Assembly (NCBI RefSeq): GCF_009914755.1
Contig: NC_060935.1
Strand: one strand, 5' to 3'
DNA from: the human T2T-CHM13v2.0 reference genome, Homo sapiens
DNA: 64,000 bases
Shown here one piece after another: positions 42,440 to 64,000 of the stretch (within the stretch, counting starts at the first letter, position 1; each line of letters opens with the position of its first letter). A model generated the notes under the pieces. That model ran no database searches, was not told where the DNA came from, and saw nothing but the letters and a program-made list of their open reading frames with translations. The position numbers were made by a program, and so were the translations under genes.

Positions 42440-44140
42440 GCCCCCAGGCCCGCCAGGCCTCCTGGGCCCTCATCTGTCTGCCGGGTCTGGCCTGGCAGGG
42501 AGCTGAGGCTGTCGGCTCAGGACCTCAGTCTCCCCTCAGAACCCCGGTGGACCCAGGCCCCGCCCCGCCCGTGGTGACGGCGCACAGGTCTCACCCCAAG
42601 CCCGATCTCGAGGCCCCTGACCCGGGCCTGCCGCCTCCCTCCAGCACCCCGGGCTCCGGGCCCTAGTTGCTTGGGCAACGGGAACTGTCAGCGACCTGGC
42701 CCAATCACCTCTCGGAACGTCACTCGGGTAGGTCCAGAGGCGGGGTCAACCCGGCCCGGCCCCGCCCCCCCGCCGGATCCAAGGCTCCTCGTCCGCAGCC
42801 TTTTTCCTCCCTCCTTCGGCCCCGGGGCTCACATCCTCGCTGCCTCACACCTTGGGCGTGTGTGGGAGCAGGAGAGGGATTCTCTGGGGTCCCCATTTGG
42901 AACCTGGAGACCCACTTCTGCCAACAAGTCCTTCAGCCCCTCTGGGCCTTAGTTTCCCCCCAGTGAAGTGGGGATAGTGACAGCTCCCCCGGGAGCCAGT
43001 GAAAACTTTGTGAAGGGAGTGATTACTGCGGGCGAAGGCGCTTGGCACAGCCACAACTGAAGCTCAGCCGTCGGATGTGATTATTGTTGCTATTGTTACC
43101 GCTCCGCCTGGACTGGGTGCCCGGTCGGAAAGTCCCGCTCCCCGCTCCTCCTCCCAGGCGCGGAAGCTTCGCGCCGCCCGCCTCGGGGGACACCTCCCGC
43201 GCCATCTCGGGGGCACTGGAGATAAGGAAAGGAACCTCCTCCCTGGCTGGGATGGCTGCCCGGGCGCGGGAGGAGGGCCGGGGACCCGGTGAGGGAGGAC
43301 CGTAGGGCCCGTGGGGGCTTCACGCCTGGCAGGCGGCCGGCCAGGTGAGCAGGGCCGCGGGCGCGCCGGGGCGAGGGGCGGGCCCGCGCGGGGGATTCGG
43401 GGCTCCGCGGGTTCAGGCCCGGGGGCGGGGCCCGGGGGCCATCTTGGCTATGGGCGGAAGTTTTCTTCAGAGACCGAGGGACGGGAATCCGTTGCCGCCC
43501 CCGGCCGGGCGGCACGACCCCGATTTGGGTATAGGAGAGACGAGCGTGGGAACTGGCGGACCCCCATACAAGTAAAGGCGGGCGGCACGGGGCACGGCCC
43601 ACCCGGGGACCCCCTGGATGCGGCACGGCCCCCGCAACTCGGCCGCCCTCCTGCCGCCTCCCGTAACCCCGGGCGCCCGCCAGCGGCGCAGCTCGCGCCA
43701 ATTCTCGTACGGTTTCACGCCGGGTGCGGCGCTGGACTGCGGAGCCAGCCGGGCCGCTGCGCAATTTGCGTAGCGAACGGCGCCCGCGCAGGCGCGGAGG
43801 GGGAGGGGGGCGGAGCAGCGGGAGCCGGGGAGCCGGAGCCCCGGGTCCCCACGACCTGAGCCGGCTCTCCCATCAGCGGCCTGAGGACCTGGCGTCCGCC
43901 TCCTCCCTCCCCTTGAGGCTGGAGCGTGGACGCGGTGGGGGAGGGTGGGGCGGGGGCAGCTTTCGAGAATTACGAGGACAGGAGGCAGAGGCCCTCCCCA
44001 TCCGCATTATTGGAGGAGAGAGAGCCTCCCCCAGCTTGGGGAGGGGGAGAGCGGGGCATTGGGCGCCCCTCGCAGCGGCCGCTGCCCTGACCCGACGGGT
44101 ATCAGCCGGCTCTCCCCCTCCACCCAGGACGACATGAACG
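42440..44140. promoter_or_regulatory. Bidirectional CpG-island promoter of BAD and GPR137
   Basis: Divergent genes, dense CpG, palindromic RFX X-box GTTGCTTGGGCAAC (42666-42679), CCAAT (42701), CRE-like ACGTCAC (42717), GC boxes. Confidence 0.8.
42595..42668 (-). other. BAD: BAD non-coding first exon (5' end approximate)
   Basis: Donor GGG|GTGAGA at 42594; acceptor CTCACAG| immediately before 42340, 8 nt upstream of the ATG. Confidence 0.7.
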
Positions 44141-44488
44141 ACCGAGGCCAGGGAGTCCTCTCCTTGGGCCTCTGCATCCCCCCATCCTTGGCTCTGGGGT
44201 AGGCCCAGGGAGGAGACACCCCCAACCCCTATCCGGTCTGTCCTGGAGAAAAGAGACTGCCCTTCCATGCCCCTGAGTGAGGGGCCTGGGGCCCAGGCTG
44301 CCTGTGTTCCCCAAGGGCAAGGGTCTCTCTGTTGAGGAGGAGGGGCCTGTCAGCCACAACTTCTTTCCTCCTGAGCGCCCCATCTCCCTCTCTGCACCCT
44401 GCAATTCCCACCCCTCCGTATTTATTTCCCTGGTCCCGCCGACAGTCCCTCCTTGTCTGTCTCCGGGATTCAGGCCTCCCTCCCTGAC

Positions 44489-47160
44489 ATGGAGAGTAAC
44501 CTGTCTGGCCTGGTGCCTGCTGCCGGGCTGGTGCCTGCGCTGCCACCTGCTGTGACCCTGGGGCTGACAGCTGCCTACACCACCCTGTATGCCCTGCTCT
44601 TCTTCTCCGTCTATGCCCAGCTCTGGCTGGTGCTTCTGTATGGGCACAAGCGTCTCAGCTATCAGACGGTGTTCCTGGCCCTCTGTCTGCTCTGGGCCGC
44701 CTTGCGTACCACCCTCTTCTCCTTCTACTTCCGAGATACTCCCCGCGCCAACCGCCTGGGGCCCTTGCCCTTCTGGCTTCTCTACTGCTGCCCCGTCTGC
44801 CTGCAGTTCTTCACCTTGACGCTTATGAACCTCTACTTTGCCCAGGTAACCAACTGTGGTCCCGGGTGGGGGGCGGGAGGTGGCAAGCCTCAAGGACCCA
44901 CAGGAGTGAAGGGCATCTCTGCTCCTAGGTGGTGTTCAAGGCCAAGGTGAAGCGTCGGCCGGAGATGAGCCGAGGCTTGTAAGTACTCGGGACACTGGTG
45001 GGCTCAGCCTCCAGGTCAGGGGCAGGTGACAGTCCCATGTAGATCCCTTCCCACCTCTCAGGGCTGAGACAAAGGCAACCCAGGGAATGTCTGTGGAAGA
45101 TCTTGGAAAAGTTAAAGCACCTGGCGCAGATGGCTCAGCAGAGGCCTTGCAGATCTGCAAGGCACAGGAATAGGAATGCTTGTGGTAGTGTGAGGGAGAG
45201 GGCCCCAGTGTCATCCACCATGGAGGGCGAGCTGGAGGCTCCAGCCCATGGAAGCACCAAAGCCATATGCACTCCTGGGTGACCTGGGGCCGCAATGCCC
45301 TCGTCATTTGTACAGTGTCTTACGGTTTATAAAGAGCTTTCCCAGCCATCTTTTATTTGTACAATTTCCCTGAGAGGCTACTATCCTCCCTTGAGAGATG
45401 AAGAAACTGAGGCCCAGCCAGGTAAGACAGCAGGATCAAGGTCGCAGAGCTGGGGCTCAGACAGAGACTTCTGACTCCAGTTGGTGCACCTTCCGAAGTA
45501 CCATGGCTGTCAGTCACCTTCTGACCTTTTTGGGCCTCAGTTTCTCCATCTGTAAGAGTGGAGGAACAGGGCTCAGACTGGATGCCCTGAGTTTTGTCGA
45601 CATTGGGGTTTCCTGCAGGAGGTGGGGCAGGTGGTGAGTGCTGAGGGCTGTTGAGGGCCCGCGCTGACTGTGCTGTGGCTGCAGGCTCGCTGTCCGAGGG
45701 GCCTTTGTGGGGGCCTCGCTGCTCTTTCTGCTGGTGAACGTGCTGTGTGCTGTGCTCTCCCATCGGCGCCGGGCACAGCCCTGGGCCCTGCTGCTTGTCC
45801 GCGTCCTGGTGAGCGACTCCCTGTTCGTCATCTGCGCGCTGTCTCTTGCTGCCTGCCTCTGCCTCGTCGCCAGGCGGGCGCCCTCCACTAGCATCTACCT
45901 GGAGGCCAAGGTAGGGCTGCAGCACTGATGCCCAGGTGTCTTTTGGGTCTCTCGGCAGCGGTTCTCAGGGTGTAGAGGAAGCTGGGAGCCTTCTCTCCCT
46001 GAGGGTCCTCTGTTGTTACCTGTGCCAGGGGACCAGTGTGTGCCAGGCGGCCGCGATGGGTGGCGCCATGGTCCTGCTCTATGCCAGCCGGGCCTGCTAC
46101 AACCTGACAGCACTGGCCTTGGCCCCCCAGAGCCGGCTGGACACCTTCGATTACGACTGGTACAATGTGTCTGACCAGGTGGGCATACGCATGTCTGCCA
46201 CCTCCTTAGTAGCCGTGGCACCTTGGCCCCAGCTGGCCTGGGCCCTGTCCCACTACCCCTTTGGCGTGACTGCAGACTGGCACCAGCCCCTGCCTTCCCA
46301 CAGGCGGACCTGGTGAATGACCTGGGGAACAAAGGCTACCTGGTATTTGGCCTCATCCTCTTCGTGTGGGAGCTACTGCCCACCACCCTGCTGGTGGGCT
46401 TCTTCCGGGTGCACCGGCCCCCACAGGACCTGGTAAGGGTCTGCTCCCTCTTCTGTGGGGCCAGTGGAGGGGGCGGATGTTGCAAATCCTGGGTTGGAGT
46501 CTGGGGTTGGGCCTGGGAGGCCAGTGCAGGACAGGAGTAAGTATCGATGATGGCTTCCTCCCCCAGAGCACCAGCCACATCCTCAATGGGCAGGTCTTTG
46601 CCTCTCGGTCCTACTTCTTTGACCGGGCTGGGCACTGTGAAGATGAGGGCTGCTCCTGGGAGCACAGCCGGGGTGAGAGCACCAGGTAGGAGCCGTGGCA
46701 CTGCCTCAGTACCCCTGCCCTACCCGCCCACCCCGCTGGCTCCATCAAGCTATGGGGGACCGAGATAGCCGGGTCTTGCCTTCCACCCCTGCCATGGCCT
46801 TTGCTTCCCCATCTGTACTAGGTGAGGTCCCCTGGGTTCCTATTGCTAAAGCCTCCACCTCTTGCCTAGAGATGTACTTTGTCCTGGGCCCCGAAGGTCT
46901 AGGTCACAGGGGTTCTGTTCTAAGCCTGTCTTCCTCCTGCAGCTCTTGTGACTGTGGCCCTGGTCACTGTCCTGAGACTGACCCTGTTTCTCTGCTGCAG
47001 TATGTCGGGCAGTCTAGGCTCTGGGAGCTGGTATGGTGCCATCGGGCGTGAGCCGGGCTGGTATGGGGGCAGCCAGACGAAGACCACTCCTCTGCTCTTC
47101 TCCCAGGTGCCAGGACCAGGCGGCCACCACCACAGTCTCTACTCCACCCCACAGACGTGA
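44489..47160 (+). CDS. GPR137: GPR137 (TM7SF1L1) 7TM-like lysosomal protein, 396 aa; alternative acceptor 47107 gives 417 aa ending at 47329
   Basis: Exons 44489-44845, 44929-44978, 45685-45910, 46029-46178, 46304-46432, 46567-46685, 47001-47160, total 1191 nt. Multiple hydrophobic helices and GPR137-family motifs ([26 protein letters not shown]). AATAAA at 47435-47440. Confidence 0.95.
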
Positions 47161-47541
47161 TCCCCCTCCCTCCCCCACAGAATACCCAGGCCCCAGTCCC
47201 CCTCACCCTAGGCCCCTGTGCCAAGTTTGTCTGCCGCTTCTTGCCCAGGATCCTGGGGGTCGTGGCTACCCCCTCCTCTGGCCGGCTCCTTGCTGCTCCT
47301 GTCATAGTGAGCTTGTGCCGTCCCCCTAGGATGGGGGGCATGGCCCTGGCTGCCAGATGCCCACAGCACCCTGGCATGACCTGCCACCTCTGCTTCCACA
47401 CCGGAGCCAGCTACCTCTCCTGTGCCTGCCACTCAATAAACAGTGTCTGCGCCCCACAGTTGTGCACCTGTCTGTCATCTGCCTTGTGTTCCTATCACTT
47501 TTGCCTGTTTGGCCTAAGGCTGAACAGACACTAGCCCTTGA

Positions 47542-48159
<618 letters not shown>

Positions 48160-49249
48160 TAACCCCAATGGATTAGACTTTCTGGAGGCCCTGTTTCCCT
48201 ATCACCACCCCAACCTGGTCTTTAGGAGTCAGGAGTTAGTCCAGGGCTTGCTGGGGAGTTGGCGCAGTGACTGAGCAGCCCCCATCTTCCTACCAGGGCG
48301 TGGGTTTGCCCAGATGTACAGGTGGTCCCCTAGCTATGCCCTCCCGTTAGCCCTCTTCTCCACTGTCCTTAGTAGCATAGTCACTGCCCTCTGCTTCCAT
48401 GGCCCTGGCAGGTCTGTCTGATGGCTAGGAGTCCTTTGCTGGAGGGTCTGTCCCCTGCCCACATAGGTGGTTGTCCCAGCTTTTCAGAGTTCCCTTGGCT
48501 TATCACTGGGCCTGCTTCAAAACCCTTTACTTGGGACCATCCTGGGCACCAGGCCCTCAGGGCCTCCAGAGAGGGCATCTGAGACTCATAGAGAATCAGC
48601 TTGAAGCTGGACAATCACTTTTTGTTGAAATAAAAACTGCTAACGTTTGTGGGGCACTTTATTGTGTGTGCCAGGCTCTGTTTTGAGGATTTCTAAACAC
48701 TGGCCTCCTTAATGCCCAGAACAGCACCCCGAAGTGATGATTAATCATCCCTTTTCTGTAAGTGGGAACAGGGAGACTCCAGAGTTTGGTAACCTGTTCA
48801 GGTTCCCTACCAGTAGCGGGTGGTCAGCCTCAAAGCCCAGGCTGAAAGCCATCCAGCATGAGGGCTGAGGACCCCAGCAGGCACCAGAGGGTCTTTGGAG
48901 AGGTCACAGGTTGTCAAGTGGGTGAGAACAGGGCGGGGCAAGTTCAGGACCAGCCAGGGCCTGGGTGTTCAGGCAGTGGGAGAGTGGATGCTGGCACCAG
49001 TGCCATGCTGGGATCTGCAGGCAGCTTCAGCCACAGCCTTCCGGGGCTGATTTCTGGGCATGGAAGTGAGAACCAAAAGCTGGGGCAGGGAGCACCCTGG
49101 AGGGATAGCCGGGGAGCAGGTAGAGGGCCAAAACCTGGAGTGGGGGCAGGAGGTGCTCCAGCAGCAACTCCCCCAGAGGTGGGTCCCAACCTCCACGTCG
49201 GCCAATTCCAGGTGGCCCCACCGGGTTTCCCCCACCCCTTTGTCCCGCG

Positions 49250-57694
<8,445 letters not shown>

Positions 57695-58378
57695 GGGCAG
57701 GATCCCTGGCCGGGCCTCTCAAGGGCTTCGTTTCTGCTCTCCCCGGCATGCCTGGCTTGTTTGACCAAAGAGCCCTCTTTCCACGAGACTGAAGTCTGGG
57801 GAGGAGGCTACAGTTGCCTCTCCGCCTCCTCCCTGGCCCCGGCCCTTCCCTCACTTCCATCCATCTCTAGACCCCCCCAAGGCTTTCTGTGTCGCTGCCC
57901 CGGGCGGGTGTATCCCTCACAGCACCTCACGACTGTGCCTCAAAGCCTGCATCAATAAATGAAAACGGTCTGCACCGCTGCGGGCGTGACGCTCCCGGAC
58001 GCGAGTGGGTGTGGAATTGCTTTCCTCGGGCCACCGTGGGGGCACCTCTGGCCTCCCGTGACCCCCAGGCCGAGGGTCCCCGGGCACCCAGGTCGGTCAA
58101 GTCTCGGCCCTCTCAGGCCCGCGTCTCTGCCTGGAGGAGACTGTGTAGGGTCCGGCGTGGGGATCAGCCGGGATGGGCTGCGCGTCTCCAGCCTCTGCAC
58201 ACACATTGGCGGGTGGGGTGCAGGGAGGGAGAGGCAGGGGAGAGAGAATGGCATCTCGCGTGGAGGGCTGTCGTTTGAACTCTCCCAGCGCGAGAGACCC
58301 TGCCCCGCCCCCTTCCTGGAGCGTTGACTCCCTTCTCGTCTCGAGGCCTGTGGCGTCTGGGTCCGTTGGGGCAGAACC

Positions 58379-62613
<4,235 letters not shown>

Positions 62614-62797
62614 AAACGCCACCTTGGGCTCGAGCAGCGACCCGAACCAGCCCCGTGCCAGCCCGGTCCCCAGACCCAAGCCTGACCCCATCCGAGTGGA
62701 ATTTGAGTCCTAAAGAAATAAAAGAGTCGATGCATGGTCCGTGAGTCAGTGCAGGACAGCCCGCGTGAGGCGGACGCACGTGGCCCCGCCCTTCCCC

Positions 62798-62854
62798 GTG
62801 ACCTTCATTCGGTCACCGCAGTGACCTTCATTCGGTCACCGCAGTGACCTTGAG
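62798..62854 (+). promoter_or_regulatory. ESRRA: ESRRA 23-bp tandem hormone-response element, two copies plus an ERRE
   Basis: GTGACCTTCATTCGGTCACCGCA at 62798-62820 and 62821-62843, then TGACCTTGA (reverse complement of the ERRE TCAAGGTCA) at 62845-62853. Confidence 0.9.
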
Positions 62855-63489
62855 CTTTCTCCGTCCGGGCCCTATCGGCCCTACCTTCCGGGACTCGCAA
62901 TCCAGGACTTATTGCATGTTTTAAGTCGGCTTCACCCACCCCGAGTTCCGCAGCTCTGTGGGGCTACTGGGTCTACGGTTCGAGTGCTCAGTTGGTGTCG
63001 CTTTGGGGGAAGGGGGTAGGGGGAACGGGGCAGCACCTCCCTCCTCGCGACGGCGCGCTAGGCTCCGCCCCTCAAGCATAGGTAGCAGGTCCAGCCTCTC
63101 CGCTCGTCCCGCCCTTGCGTTTTCATCTGTAAGTGGTCTCTTGGCTCCGCGACTGCAGCCTGCACCGCCTCGCCCACTCCTCTCGCGCGCAGCAAGCCCC
63201 GCCTCCTCCGTTACGAAAGAGCGCTTCTGGCCCCACTTGCTCTCGGCTCTATTGTCCCCGCCCTCCGCGTCTCCGGCCCCGCCCCTCCCAGGGGCCGCGT
63301 ACGCATGTGCGCCGCAGTGGCTCGGCGGGCTGCGGGGCGGGACCTGCACGAAGGCCCGCCCACTGGCGCTGCCGGCTCCGCCCCGACTCGTCCGGGCGCG
63401 CAGGCGCCGCCCGCCCCGCTGGTCTGATTAGCATAGGACCCCGGGCCCCGCCCCCTGCTTTGCATGCGCACGGCCGGCCCCACCCCCGC

Positions 63490-63703
63490 TGTCAGCTGGA
63501 GGAAGCGGAGTAGGAAGCGGCCGCGATGTCCTTTTGTGTCCTACAAGCAGCCGGCGGCGCCGCCGAGTGAGGGGACGCGGCGCGGTGGGGCGGCGCGGCC
63601 CGAGGAGGCGGCGGAGGAGGGGCCGCCCGCGGCCCCCGGCTCACTCCGGCACTCCGGGCCGCTCGGCCCCCATGCCTGCCCGACCGCGCTGCCGGAGCCC
63701 CAG
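63490..63703 (+). other. ESRRA: ESRRA non-coding exon 1 inside a CpG island (about 62750-64000); CDS lies beyond the window
   Basis: Donor CAG|GTCCGG at 63704; NRF1-like GCATGCGCA at 63461; GC boxes. Gene identity from gene order and the upstream ERRE repeat. Confidence 0.7.
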
Positions 63704-64000
63704 GTCCGGGGGCGGAGGGGAGCGCTGCCGCGGGGGTGGGCGGGCGGGGCGCGGGGGCCATGTGCGAGCGCGGCAGGGAGGCGGGCGGGGCGGGCTGCAG
63801 GCGGGGTCCGACTCTGGGGCCAGTCCGGGCCACGGTTGGGACCCAGTCGAGGGTCGGACTGGTCAGGGTTCAGGCGGGATCCGGCGTCCGAGTCCTGGTG
63901 GGCCGGCCTGGGGCAGGATCTGGCTCTGGCTGCGGGTCCTGACTCGGGTCAGGGTTGGGCCTCCGATCCAGCCCGCTCCGGGGCAGGGTTCAATCCCGCA

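Noticed and set aside
44507-44539. 18-bp coding duplication [11 protein letters not shown] in GPR137; also short direct repeats near 21918 and 62407
   Set aside because: Ordinary local slippage with no sign of function.

Overview
GC-rich, Alu-dense mammalian DNA. The proteins identify it as the human chr11q13.1 cluster FKBP2(+), PPP1R14B(-), PLCB3(+), BAD(-), GPR137(+), KCNK4(+), CATSPERZ/TEX40(+), ending in the promoter and first non-coding exon of ESRRA(+). I spliced all seven CDSs by hand at GT-AG sites; they give 142, 147, 1234, 168, 396/417, 393/419 and 200 aa, matching the known proteins as I recall them. No prokaryote-type system or true CRISPR is present. The best leads are: (1) a repeat-spacer array in the last BAD intron, six identical 45-bp hairpin units each carrying a ZNF143/THAP11-type motif, separated by variable (CA)n spacers and adjacent to a promoter-like motif cluster in the BAD 3' UTR; (2) a fossil of the rodent long-BAD N-terminal exon in the human BAD promoter; (3) a KCNK4 start codon created by splicing, plus an in-frame, stop-free intron inside its selectivity filter; (4) three GPR137 terminal acceptors covering all three reading frames; (5) a U12 intron and a DR1 cluster in PLCB3; (6) L2-derived 3' ends. 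Family names and cross-species comparisons are from memory and were not searched.
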